DNA of 63,853 nucleotides, filler included, from Octopus bimaculoides (Eukaryota), in assembly GCF_001194135.2 (NCBI RefSeq). It is 9 parts of 9 records of this genome, joined end to end, with 100 filler letters (N's around TTAATTAATTAA, not from the genome) between each part and the next. Parts side by side here need not be neighbours in the genome. Positions count along the whole stretch, not along the records: positions 33,413 to 40,490 come from NC_069007.1; positions 40,591 to 45,070 come from NW_026409201.1; positions 45,171 to 55,491 come from NC_068987.1; 6 more parts are not named here. One strand, written 5' to 3'. Position 1 is the stretch's first letter, and each line of letters begins with the position of its first letter. The notes under the pieces were generated by a model that ran no database searches, had not been told where the DNA came from, and worked only from the letters and a program-made list of their open reading frames with translations. The position numbers and the translations under genes are program-made. This document shows positions 39,770 to 52,828 of this stretch, one piece after another.

Positions 39770-41375
39770 GTAAGTAAATCTGCAGATATCCTCCTCCTCA
39801 TCATCATTTAACATCCATTTTCCATGCTAGCATGGGTTGGATGGTTTGAGCATATAAGTGTACATATGTGTGTGTGTGTGTGTGTGTGTGTGTTTATGAG
39901 TGTGTACATGTAAGATAAGATGAGTATATAGGTAATTCAAAGGAGATACAGGGTGTCCCAGAATTAACTTTGTATTAAAGTAAAATCGGACAATTGTTTT
40001 AGAAACTCCCTTTTATTTATGTTTATCATGTTTGATATGCATTAAAGGTACAAGGCAGCAAGCTGAGAGCACTGTTAGCATGCTGGGCAAATAGCTTAGT
40101 GGCATTTTACCCACCTTCACGTTCTGAGTTCAAATTCCGCCAGGGTTGATTTTGCCTTTCATCCTTTCGGAGTCAATAAAATAAGTACCAGTCAAGTACT
40201 GGGGTCTATGTAATAGACTTAACTCCACACCTAAAATTGCTGGCCTTGTGCCAAAATTTGAAATCAATATGTGTTAAGAATGTATAAATTTTATAATTTT
40301 TTTGATAATTATATTGTAAATAGTGAATAGTTGTCATAGAGACTTTAGTCTCGCTCTATCACCTTTCAACAGCATTATATATGAAGAGACATTAGAACAA
40401 TTAACAACATAATAAAAAGGTTTTATTTATGATGATGCTTGGTTTCACAATTCCTGTCATTCAGCTTAGCAGCCTTTGATTAAGTTGTAANNNNNNNNNN
40501 NNNNNNNNNNNNNNNNNNNNNNNNNNNNNNNNNNTTAATTAATTAANNNNNNNNNNNNNNNNNNNNNNNNNNNNNNNNNNNNNNNNNNNNGATCAATTGG
40601 AACGCTCACCATCATAAACGACACAGTGCCTCCTATCTCTCTCTTTCGCTATAAAATGATTGAGATCTAGATGAAGCTTACCACTGTATGATTTCAGACA
40701 TTTCATAGAGCTAGCATCGGGATCGTCTTTTGCCAATTCTTAAGAGTTAAGTTGGTCATTATTCAATTCAGGATTGGCAAATAAAAGGATTTATAAAATT
40801 AAAACTAATCACTTCTGTAGCTGCAATCGAAAAGATAGTGTTTATTTTCTTTCCTTGTTTTGAGCCATTGTTGCGATATTCACGACACTAGAAGAACTTC
40901 AAAGTGATTAAGAGCGATGAACAACGATCAACGAAGAGGAGGACGGAGAAAAAAGGATGAAATAGAAAAATGTAATTATGGTTTTATTTTAGGAATAAGG
41001 ACAGCAATTTTGAAGGGTGAGGCCAGCCAATGTCGTTGACCTTAGTACTACACTGGTATTACTTTATATCGACTCCTAAAAGAGGAAAGGCAAAGTCGAT
41101 CTCCTCTGGTTTTCAACACAAAATGTAAAGAGAAGGAAGAACTATTGACGTGGCTGTGGGATAAGAAGCTTCATTCCAAACCACATAGTTTCGGGCTCAG
41201 TCCTATCGAGTGGCACCATGGGAAAGTGTCTTCTACTATAGCTTCTGTCGTCCAAAGACTTCTGGGTGAATTTCATAGATGGAAACTGAAAGAAGCCCGT
41301 CGTATATGTGTGTATGGCATTATTCAGTTTATATAAAGGTATCTTGCCAATAGACCAAGCCTAGATTGGAATTTT

Positions 41376-42267
41376 CATCAACATCATCATCATCATTATC
41401 ATCGTTTAACGTCCGCTTTCCATGCTAGCATGGGTTGGCCGATTTGACTGAGGACGGGTGAACCAGATGGCTACACCAGGCTCCAATCTGATTTGGCAGA
41501 TTTTCTACAGCTGGATGCCCTTCCTAATGCCAACCACTCCAAGAGTGTAGTGGGTGCTTTTACGTGCCACCGGCACGAAGGTCAGTCAGGCGGTACTGGC
41601 AATGGCCACGCTCAAAATGGTGTATTTTACGTGCCACCTGCACAGGAGCCAGTCCAGCGGCACTGGAAACGATCTCGCTCGAATGTCTTTACACGTGCCA
41701 CCGGCACAGGTGCCAGGAAGGTGACGCTGGGCACAGGTGCCATCACGATTTCGCTTACGCTGGCCCCAACAGGTCTTTGCAAGCCGAGTTTAGTGTCCAT
41801 TTAAGGAGATGACGTTGGCATGGGAGCCAGTCGTCGAATTTAGTTCGATTTCGATTTCACTTGCCTCAACAGGTCTTCGCAAGCGGGGTTTAGTGTCCAA
41901 TGAAGGAAGGTACGCATAAGTGGGCTGGCTACAGCCCAGGCAGAGGCCTTGGATTTAGGTCTCACTTGGCTTGCCCGGTTTTCTCACGCACAGCATATTT
42001 CCAAAGGTCTCGGTCAGAAGTCATTGCCTCGGTGAGGCCCAATGTTCGAAGGTCGTGCTTCACCACCTCATCCCAAGTCTTCCTGGGCCTACCTCTTCCA
42101 CAGGTTCCCTCAACTGTTAGGGTGTGGCACATGTTCACACAGCTATCCTCATCCATTCTCGCCACATGCCCATACCAGCGCAATCGTCTCTCTTGCACAC
42201 CACAACTGATGCTTCTTAGGTTCAACTTTTCTCTCAAAGTATTTACACTCTGTCGAGTATGCACACT
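41376..42267 (-). mobile_element. RTE LINE 3' part: ORF C-terminus, about 580-bp 3' UTR and (GAT)n tail
   Basis: LREKLNLRSISCGVQERRLRWYGHVARMDEDSCV...GRGRPRKTWDEVVKHDLRTLGLTEAMTSDRDLWKYAV. The ORF is open into the gap. The UTR has repeated ttttacgtgccacc motifs. Confidence 0.95.
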
Positions 42268-42976
42268 NNNNNNNNNNNNNNNNNNNNNNNNNNNNNNNNN
42301 NNNNNNNNNNNNNNNNNNNNNNNNNNNNNNNNNNNNNNNNNNNNNNNNNNNNNNNNNNNNNNNNNNNNNNNNNNNNNNNNNNNNNNNNNNNNNNNNNNNN
42401 NNNNNNNNNNNNNNNNNNNNNNNNNNNNNNNNNNNNNNNNNNNNNNNNNNNNNNNNNNNNNNNNNNNNNNNNNNNNNNNNNNNNNNNNNNNNNNNNNNNN
42501 NNNNNNNNNNNNNNNNNNNNNNNNNNNNNNNNNNNNNNNNNNNNNNNNNNNNNNNNNNNNNNNNNNNNNNNNNNNNNNNNNNNNNNNNNNNNNNNNNNNN
42601 NNNNNNNNNNNNNNNNNNNNNNNNNNNNNNNNNNNNNNNNNNNNNNNNNNNNNNNNNNNNNNNNNNNNNNNNNNNNNNNNNNNNNNNNNNNNNNNNNNNN
42701 NNNNNNNNNNNNNNNNNNNNNNNNNNNNNNNNNNNNNNNNNNNNNNNNNNNNNNNNNNNNNNNNNNNNNNNNNNNNNNNNNNNNNNNNNNNNNNNNNNNN
42801 NNNNNNNNNNNNNNNNNNNNNNNNNNNNNNNNNNNNNNNNNNNNNNNNNNNNNNNNNNNNNNNNNNNNNNNNNNNNNNNNNNNNNNNNNNNNNNNNNNNN
42901 NNNNNNNNNNNNNNNNNNNNNNNNNNNNNNNNNNNNNNNNNNNNNNNNNNNNNNNNNNNNNNNNNNNNNNNNNNNN

Positions 42977-44560
42977 TCTCAAGATCTCTATTTAGGCAGT
43001 GTGTTATATATCCCAGGGCCCCAATAATTATAGGTATAAACCTGAACTTGTAATCTGGATAGAGTAACTAAAGATTTCTCAATAGTTCAGCATAAGTGTT
43101 CTCTTTTTCAATGATCTTCAGTTTTATGTTAACATCCGCTGGGCAGCTAATTTCCACAAATGTGCACAGTTTCTCTTCTCTATCTCACATCATTACATCA
43201 GGTCTGTTGTGCTTACATTTTATGGAGGTCTTCACGGGTACATTCCACCAGTATTCCTTTTTATTATGAGTGGCTATGGCTTCTACCATACTGTGGGATT
43301 TGATTTCTTTGTCCTTGGGATTATCTTTCCGACGGATTTCATTAGAGAGTGCCCTAGCTACAACTTCAATGTCTCATCGGTAGATAATACCGTGATTACA
43401 TTTCCGACAACTGCTTATGATGTGAGTGATATCTTCGGTGTTAACTGTACAAAGTCTGTTTCTGTCTCACATTTTACTGCATTTCCTGCATCTTCCTTTT
43501 GTGCATCATCTACTTGGTTGATATAATCTATTTCTGGATTGCTGATGCCGGAATAGAATACCCTTCAAAGTAAGAGGTAATAATCCGGCTAATGGTCCAT
43601 CATAGACTACTTTGTCACTATCATCAAGGAACTTTCTACTAACATAACCATGTATGGTCTTCTGCTCTTATATGCTCATCCTTTCGTCTGAGGATACGTT
43701 GCAGTAGAGACGTGCGACTTATTTGGGCATGTATTCTAGGTTATCAGACAAAGAGTGTTGCTCAAGAAGCTGCCTTCCAAGTCTTATGATGTTATCGGAC
43801 TCATGTATGCAAATTTGGTGAAGGGATTCACTTCGGCACTTGAGGGTTAAAAGATGTCGCCGATGGGATATGATACGGCATTCAAAGGAATTTTAGATAG
43901 ATATTAAGCCTCTACCGCCCTATTTTCGTTTAAGGTAAGGGCGGTCTATTTATGTCTAAATTATGTGTGCTTGTAAGTAACTTCCGGGTTTTCACATCAA
44001 CGGTTCGAATCTTATCAAGCGTCCAATCAAGCAGTCCAAATATTGGTATGAGTACTGGCACTGCAAACACATTGTATGCTGCTTTTTTTATTGAATGTAG
44101 AGAGATCTGAGATTCAAATTTTCTTTATTCGGCTGTAATATTCTTAAGTGTCACGTGTTTTGTTACAGGTACCATTGTAAAATATGTTATCATCCACCCC
44201 TAGATACCTGTAACATTCCTCATCAGATATAGGAGAAACAGTTAAATCGTTGGTGGAGATGTTGTTAATCTGGTTTATAGTCTTCCCCCCTTTTCACAAC
44301 CATATAACAACATCTATCCTAACCAAACTCCAACCCTACATTCTTTGAGAATGTTGTGACTAGATCAACGCTTATTTTTCATCTCATACACATTCATGGC
44401 ATATAGTTTCAAGCCAACCACAAAAACATACTGTTTAGTTTTGGCACATCTGTTACTTTATGAACCAGTGAGATATCCTTCAGACTTCCTTAACATGAAT
44501 GGGTTTAAAGAAAATATGGATAACAGCACAGAGAGGCTGTCACCTTGGAATATGCCTTTG
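42977..44560 (-). mobile_element. R4/Dong-clade non-LTR retrotransposon with restriction-like endonuclease, 5'-truncated and decayed
   Basis: RT motifs GIFQGDSLSVLL, FVxxLKLYA, LVTTFSKNVGLEFG and AVPVLIPIFGLLDWT. CCHC remnant RLCTVNTEDITHIISSC. RLE motif KCKHNRPDVM...FVEISCP...KENTYAEL...FIPIIIGALG. Confidence 0.9.
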
Positions 44561-44905
44561 CTATACTGTATCCACCTCCCTCTTTCTTCTCTCATACCTC
44601 TCTACTTACCTTAGTAATCTCCGTCAGCCATTGAACCAGTCAATGTACTCCTCTCAAATAATGGCTATTCTCTTTTCTCACTATTCCACCAATTCCCACC
44701 AACACAGCCTTCCTCTCTTCCACCTCTACTACTATTACTCCCAACTAGCCTCTTTATTAACCCCTCACTCTTGAAATTTATTTTCTCCTCTCACTATTCC
44801 CTATCTGAATACCTCCCCAATTTCCCCCTCTAATACACCTAGCTCTCCACGTATTCATTCTACCTTTGAACTTCTTTCGTTTAACATCTCAAATGTAAGA
44901 TCTCA

Positions 44906-44996
44906 CCCCTGAAGATGGAGGCTCGTCTCATTCTACGATGGAATCAATCTACAAATATTATTTTGGACAACCGAATCCCCAGAAACAGTTGTTGGA
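44906..44996 (+). ncRNA. Hammerhead-like motif with long helix II, degenerate
   Basis: ccc CTGAAGA TGG...(about 60 nt)...CCA GAAAC AGTT GTT gga. Confidence 0.3.
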
Positions 44997-45469
44997 TTTG
45001 TAATACTTTTCTTCAACACCTTTATTTCTCTGTATCATTTGCATTCTGTGTAAGTCGGATATACATATATNNNNNNNNNNNNNNNNNNNNNNNNNNNNNN
45101 NNNNNNNNNNNNNNTTAATTAATTAANNNNNNNNNNNNNNNNNNNNNNNNNNNNNNNNNNNNNNNNNNNNATATACAGATAAACTTCATTCCCTTTACTC
45201 TGTCGGATACGTAGTTGTTCGGTTTTGGTGAGGTGAGAATTCTGTTTATTTATATATATTTTTGGGACAATATTGTGCTGATGAACGAAATCTAGATTCA
45301 CTCTAGTAATCGCGAAATCGGTCGATACACAATTAAGTCTATTTTAAAAGAAAGTTGGTCATCTTCTGTTGGTTGTTTTCCCTCGCATTAGGTACTAAAT
45401 GTGGTTATTTTGAGAAGTCCACTGTGTGGCGTTATTATTTTTCTGTAATAATGCCCTTTATATAAATAA

Positions 45470-45501
<32 letters not shown>

Positions 45502-45716
45502 AACAACCTCCCTACTACTAGCAGGAATATTTGATAATGATGATGATGAGGAGGAGGAGGCAGAGGCAGAAGGAGAACCACAACAGCAACAACAACAGCA
45601 AATACTGAAGGTGGTGATGTGTGGTGACGTGTGCGTATGTGCGGAAAGCGATGACAAGTAGGGAACTCAGAGGCGAGAAATGAGGTGATGATGCTGAGGA
45701 TGATGATGACTGTAAA

Positions 45717-45747
<31 letters not shown>

Positions 45748-47926
45748 GTGATGGTGATGGTGGTGGNNNNNNNNNNNNNNNNNNNNNNNNNNNNNNNNNN
45801 NNNNNNNNNNNNNNNNNNNNNNNNNNNNNNNNNNNNNNNNNNNNNNNNNNNNNNNNNNNNNNNNNNNNNNNNNNNNNNNNNNNNNNNNNNNNNNNNNNNN
45901 NNNNNNNNNNNNNNNNNNNNNNNNNNNNNNNNNNNNNNNNNNNNNNNNNNNNNNNNNNNNNNNNNNNNNNNNNNNNNNNNNNNNNNNNNNNNNNNNNNNN
46001 NNNNNNNNNNNNNNNNNNNNNNNNNNNNNNNNNNNNNNNNNNNNNNNNNNNNNNNNNNNNNNNNNNNNNNNNNNNNNNNNNNNNNNNNNNNNNNNNNNNN
46101 NNNNNNNNNNNNNNNNNNNNNNNNNNNNNNNNNNNNNNNNNNNNNNNNNNNNNNNNNNNNNNNNNNNNNNNNNNNNNNNNNNNNNNNNNNNNNNNNNNNN
46201 NNNNNNNNNNNNNNNNNNNNNNNNNNNNNGATGGTAGTGATGGTGGTGGTGGTGGTGGTTGTGGTGATGGTTGTGGTGGTGGCTATGTCGGTAGAATGGC
46301 GTTGGAGAAAATTCACATATTAGCACATTGTTATGTGACAACCGGAACGACCCGGTTCTCAGATGTAGACCCTTAAAGACCTGCACCTGTGCCCTTCCCA
46401 TAACTCACACGAAATGGTAAAGGGGGAACATTAACATGATTGGTTTGTTTTGCTGCTATTCTTGTTATTTATTTTCTGCTGTTCCTAATGTTGTTGTTGT
46501 TATTGAAGTCTATTATATTTCTTACGATATTTGTAAATTCTTGAATTTTTTTTTTTTTTGCTGCCATTTTTGGTTTTCATAACTCTTTTAGAAAAAAAAA
46601 GCATGAACATCACAACTTCATAAATGTCAACGTTCTTAAGTTTACACTTCTTGGGTTGTTGTCTATCTTGTTACAGCTTTGGTGTTTTTTTTTTGTTTCT
46701 TTTTTAGCTTTTGTAATGCTTCTTTTTAAACCACATTGTGGAATTTTGCTCCGGGATTTCAGAAGGGCTGGAACCACTCAAAATATAGCTCAAAGAAATT
46801 GGTTTTCAACATCAGTGATTTTATTTCAAATCCTAATGAAGTCAATCAGCTTCATATTTTATTAGTCTCATTACTTCCTGATTTGCTGATTAAATATACC
46901 AGTAATACACAATATTCGATTCATCTTATCACGTGACCCTGAAAAATTTACGCTCAAAGAATCTACACAAACACAAAGAGTGGAAAATTGGTTTTCAATG
47001 AACTCGTCATGTTAACACCCAATTCTAACGGAACGTTTAGCACAAAGGCGAAATGCTTAGCGATATTTCGTCCGCCTTTACCTTCTGCGTTCAATTTCCG
47101 CCAAGTTCAAATTTGTCTCTCATCCTTTTGGGATCAATAAGTTAAGTACTAGTTGAGTACTGGGGTCGTTGTAATCAGCTTAACCCCTCTCCCGAACTTG
47201 TTGGCTTTGTGCCGAAATTTGAAACCAATATTGACGATACGTAATCCGCTTAAAATACGAATGAGATACGTTCCAGCTTTGCCAAAGACTACAATTTTTA
47301 AGTCGAGTGAGTGTGAATTAAGAACGACAGAGTAAAGGGCTGAAAGGAAGATTAGATTGAAGGTCCAAGAGAGGAAGAGCAATTGCTGGCAGAAGGGGTT
47401 GTAATGGGGAAACAGAGTAGGAGCATAAGGGTGGGCAGAACGCAGGCTGAAATATAGAGAAGCATGTCTATCATTAGTACAGCTCTCAGTAAACACTTAT
47501 TTTCATTCGTTAATGTCACAACTATGCCAATAATATATATAATCCCAGTCGCTATCATTAAACATTTGTATAACTGTAGACTCTCAAAGCAGGAGAAATT
47601 GCTAATTTTAGCAAAAGAACAAAAATGAAGCAAATGTTTCCAACCTGGGTACAAGGCAAGAAATTTGAAGTAGTGGCTTAAGTACGTGATTCGTACTTGA
47701 TTTCATAGATTCCGAATGGATAAAAAGCAAAATTGACCATTGAACTTAGGGTCTAAAGAAAAGGAGCAAAAAGCGTAGATAATTTTTTCCGACATTCTAA
47801 CAATATTGTAAATCTACCATCCTCTTTCCTTACGAGACCTAAATAATGATTTCTAGCATAGATACAATATTATGCATGTCAGGATGGTGAGAAAGAAAAA
47901 TGCATTGCTAAAATTCACAACTGTGC

Positions 47927-47969
<43 letters not shown>

Positions 47970-48078
47970 NNNNNNNNNNNNNNNNNNNNNNNNNNNNNNN
48001 NNNNNNNNNNNNNNNNNNNNNNNNNNNNNNNNNNNNNNNNNNNNNNNNNNNNNNNNNNNNNNNNNNNNNNNNNNNNNN

Positions 48079-48146
<68 letters not shown>

Positions 48147-48207
48147 GAAAATAAAAGTTATGGTTTAGTTGGAAGAAGAATGACATCATCTTTTACCTTC
48201 TCTGCAG

Positions 48208-48526
48208 CTTCACCAAGGCTGGTGGGAGGAAGGGTCAAACTTATTCTGAGGTCGGGTATCAGACACACATCAATGCAATAGAGTGTATTCCGTTAAAGTC
48301 ACCAAAGGTGTCGGATAGTGATGTGAAACCAGTCGATAGATTAAGTTTACCTGACAAAAACATGAACGATCCAGTCAATCGGTTTGGTCGATCTGATATC
48401 ATTGTAATAGACACTTTCCTACAGTGCCACTGTGTGGTCGAATCGATTTGTCATCCAGGTGTGTGCTATGAAGACTGTAAACAATCCGTTTACACGTCTG
48501 TGGACAGAAAAAAAAGAAAACGTTGA
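48208..48526 (+). CDS. Candidate 3'-terminal exon of an unidentified Cys-rich protein
   Basis: cttttaccttctctgcAG acceptor at 48206-48207, then 1 nt plus 105 open codons to TGA: FTKAGGRKGQTYSEVGYQTHINAIECIPLKSPKVSDSDVKPVDRLSLPDKNMNDPVNRFGRSDIIVIDTFLQCHCVVESICHPGVCYEDCKQSVYTSVDRKKRKR*. Non-repetitive and more GC-rich than the flanks. Confidence 0.5.
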
Positions 48527-50246
48527 AGTTGCACGTACTTTTAGGCCATTGTTGGAATCGTTGTCAGCAACTGTGTACCACCTGTAAATATCCATACAAA
48601 TATTGCATATAAAAACCTTTAATATTAGAGTGAAACTGAACTGGTTAGACACATTTTCAGATTGAACACATTCTTGGCAGTCAAATGAAACATGAAACTA
48701 CTATGTTAACAGTGTTGTGTTTCATTGCCACAATGTTCCTATAGAATATGTCTACAATTTATTTATCAACCAGAACTTTTATATTATTAGAGTCGGTAAT
48801 ATAATAATAGTTTCTAGTAGTGCCACACATTTGGCAAGAGAGTTATCTAGCTGATCAAACCGACTCCACTACCTAAATGGCACTGTATTTGTTCATCTGT
48901 GAAAGGAAGGCAGGCAAAAGTGCCCCACCCCACATTGTAACAAGAGCAATAATGACAATGTCTTTTCGCAAATTTCCCTTTAAAAGAGAAACGATTGCTT
49001 TTAATTTAGGCATGAGGTGAACAGATTTTCAAAGAAGGGGTTAGTTGATTTAATCGACTACAGAACTTGGTTAGCACTTTATTCTATCGAGCCTGAAATG
49101 ATGAAAAGTAAAGTTAACCTCGGAGAGATTTTAACTGAGAACTTAAAGAGATAGGGAAAATTGTGTAAAAATTCTGTAATTTTCTGAAAAAATCTGTAAA
49201 ATATTCTGTATTATCAGACACAATAACGACGCTGCTTGTAAGCCTACTTCACCTTAATAATAATAATAATNNNNNNNNNNNNNNNNNNNNNNNNNNNNNN
49301 NNNNNNNNNNNNNNNNNNNNNNNNNNNNNNNNNNNNNNNNNNNNNNNNNNNNNNNNNNNNNNNNNNNNNNNNNNNNNNNNNNNNNNNNNNNNNNNNNNNN
49401 NNNNNNNNNNNNNNNNNNNNNNNNNNNNNNNNNNNNNNNNNNNNNNNNNNNNNNNNNNNNNNNNNNNNNNNNNNNNNNNNNNNNNNNNNNNNNNNNNNNN
49501 NNNNNNNNNNNNNNNNNNNNNNNNNNNNNNNNNNNNNNNNNNNNNNNNNNNNNNNNNNNNNNNNNNNNNNNNNNNNNNNNNNNNNNNNNNNNNNNNNNNN
49601 NNNNNNNNNNNNNNNNNNNNNNNNNNNNNNNNNNNNNNNNNNNNNNNNNNNNNNNNNNNNNNNNNNNNNNNNNNNNNNNNNNNNNNNNNNNNNNNNNNNN
49701 NNNNNNNNNNNNNNNNNGAAGAGGAGGAGGAAGAGGAGGAGGAAGAGGAGGAGGAAGAGGAGGAGGAAGAGGAGGAGGAAGAGGAGGAGGAAGAGGAGGA
49801 GGAATAATAATGGAAAATATATCACCTGAAAGAAAGCGAGAATAGAGATAGAAAAATTGACAATATAAAGATGAAAGTGATGAAGTATGAAAAAGGGGTA
49901 GGGCAAGGGAGAGCTAAAAGTTTAGATAGAACTAGTGTCATATTGCATTACTAATTTTAAAACAAGATTCATATTTTGGTGATTGCTACAAGTGTATCTG
50001 ACATATGGTGGATTTTGTCGGATTCACAATTCTTCGTTTACATGTAGCGCACGCTACATTCACCATCTCACTGATGCATTTTATGGTTTGCTTCTGACAC
50101 ACTCGTTCTCTATTGTAACAATAGCACAGTCAACGAGAGAACTTCTATGTAGTCATCTGATGTTATAGAAATAATAATGAAATCTACCCCCAAACTACGC
50201 CACTTCCTTAGACAAAAGATTCATTAGATAATATAATCCCAGGTGC

Positions 50247-50310
50247 AATAAGGTCATGGATAGATGGAATGCCTTGAAAATAAGGTCATGGAAAGATGGA
50301 ATGCCTTTGA
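50247..50310. repeat. Tandem duplication of 32 bp (aataaggtcatggaWagatggaatgcctt)
   Basis: Two adjacent copies inside a dispersed repeat that is also seen near 2950-3110 and 52125-52230. Confidence 0.8.
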
Positions 50311-51433
50311 TAACAGATTGCTCGGTCAGACTCAGTTCTGGTTAAACAACAATCATATAAGCAATGTCATCAACTCTAGGTTAAATGTTCTAATATTCAA
50401 AAATATTTCTAGCTTTTATTCTGTTTGCGAATCCCGTGATAGCATTAGTGGTCGAAAAGTTATTTTGCTAGTTCAGGTAGTCCTTTAATAGTGATAAAGA
50501 GGTTGGCATCATCTTTTTTTGGCGTATTTAAAATTGTTGAATCAAGAAATGATAGACTGTAAAACGTAACTCAACGCCACTATTTACATACGAAGTGTAA
50601 ACGCCAGCCTTCAAAATAATACCACTAAAATTGTTTTTCTGTGCTTTCTTTAGCGTAAAAATATATTCAGCTTAAGCACACTGTTTTTGAAATAATCTTA
50701 TTAACTTCCCTTCAATTTTCATTTACGTCAAGCTAGCAGAATCGTTAGCACACCAGGCAAAATTCCGCCGAGGTCGACTTTGTCTTTCATCTGTTCGGGT
50801 TCGATAAAATAAGTAACAGTTCAACACTAGGGTCAACATAATCGACTTACCCCGGCCCCTGAAATTGCTGGTCTTGTGCCCAAATTTGAAAAACAAATTG
50901 GGATTTCCAAACTTCAACTAGCCACACTTAAATCATTAACTCCTATTTCATTCCCCCAACATAACTCTGTGTTGCTCGCTCTCAAACTTACTCGTTCTCT
51001 CTTTCACTTTCTATCTATCCTTTTATGATCTATCCTTCAAATTTTCCCCGCTATCGTTTTATTCTTAGTTTATCTATCCCTTCTTTTTCTCTCTTCCTCC
51101 CTTTTCTCTTTCTCTCTCTCTCTTATTTGTCCCTGATTTCCCATATCTTCTCTGGTTTTCTGACACATCAACTACCACTTCACAACATATCATCATCAGT
51201 ATATTCTTCTGTCATTCCTCATGCCACCACTCATCGACTTTCCTTTCTTCTTTCATCACCCACCACTACCACCACCACCACCACTAACCAAAGCATAACT
51301 TCTTTGTTCCTTCAACACAAACAAACCAATTTTCTTCCCTTCTCTAACGACAACCCTATCGCTTCAACCCTCGTCACCAATCAGAACTACCACCACAAAC
51401 TAGCGCCTCTAAAACCATCACCATTACCAATAC

Positions 51434-51500
51434 GACCACCACAACCATGACCACCACAGCCATGACCACCACAACCATGACCACTACAACCATGACCACC
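51434..51500. repeat. Tandem repeat, about 4.5 x 15 bp (gaccaccacaaccat)
   Basis: Seen directly. Confidence 0.85.
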
Positions 51501-51612
51501 GCCACTAATTCTGTTCTACAGATTCTTCCCAATTATTCTCACAATACTATCTTCAGTGCATATTTTTAGTCACATCTTCAAATTACTTTAGCGATTTTTA
51601 CTTCAACAACAC

Positions 51613-51681
<69 letters not shown>

Positions 51682-52764
51682 TCACCACCACCGCCGCCAC
51701 CACGACCACCAACACAGTTGTTCCTCTTCGATTACTATAGCAAACAGCAGTAGCTTTCTTCAACCGGATATATAGTCGTTGCTTGGTTAAAATTATCTAA
51801 ATGCGACAAATTTAACTCGAAATAACTTCTAAAATACTAAATTTTGTCAAAGATGTTCAAAGTAAACCGTTTTCTGCGTGAGAAATTACTCTAGTATACA
51901 AAGTTTCAAACTGTTTAGTTAAAAAGAGTTAATTAAAAAAATATGTGAGCCAAACTGAACAGATCCCATCAGTGTCGTGGAGAGAACAGACTTATATACA
52001 GAGGCAATTCTTAGCCGTCCTTAGAAAAATATTCTTATGTCTAGGAACGAACTTTCAAGGTGCAGATCCGTGCGCTTGTGAGATATACGGAAGCTTTGTG
52101 GAAGCTTCGGCAAGATTAACTAGCCTGCTAGAAATAGCAACCGAACTTCTTTCAATCACAACCTACCGTCTTAAAGAATGGCAGGATTAGATATGGTAAT
52201 CCTCGATATACAGAAGGATATCTACGTGCTTTAGCATATGACATTACGTTTGTTCTTAATCAGGGATTAATTAAAATATCAAAACTTGCTTATGAATTCT
52301 TAAGACTCTTACAGAGAATTTTGTTGATGAGTAGATAATATCGATATATGAGTACATGAGACGAATAGAGTTGATTTAATCGATACAGGTATGTAATTGA
52401 TTCATTATTTATCGACACTACTAAGCGTAAAAAGAAAATCCAACCCTGTATTAATTTAAACTCAGATTATACACACCAACTCGAAGAATTTATGGTTTTG
52501 AGTCTAAACGTCTGAGGAAAATTGGACACCATCCGTGAATTCTTCAAGCCAAAAGCTCCAGTCACATGTGTATGACTGATACTTCGACCATCTCAAGTAA
52601 ATGTAGTAGACAATAACTCGTATAAAAAGGTCTGTCTCTTGACTCGATGACTCGATTGTCTTTCTGCTTTCATTTAAGGAAATATCATTTATTTTTCTTG
52701 TCATGTTCCAAAAATAATACTCAAAATATGCCCAGATATGTTTTGAGGAATTCTCTTTAATAAA

Positions 52765-52828
<64 letters not shown>

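Noticed and set aside
51025-51500. 141-aa ORF and Thr-rich (MTTTT)n frame suggesting a mucin
   Set aside because: Low-complexity pyrimidine/ACC repeats; frames are closed by nearby stops and there are no splice signals.
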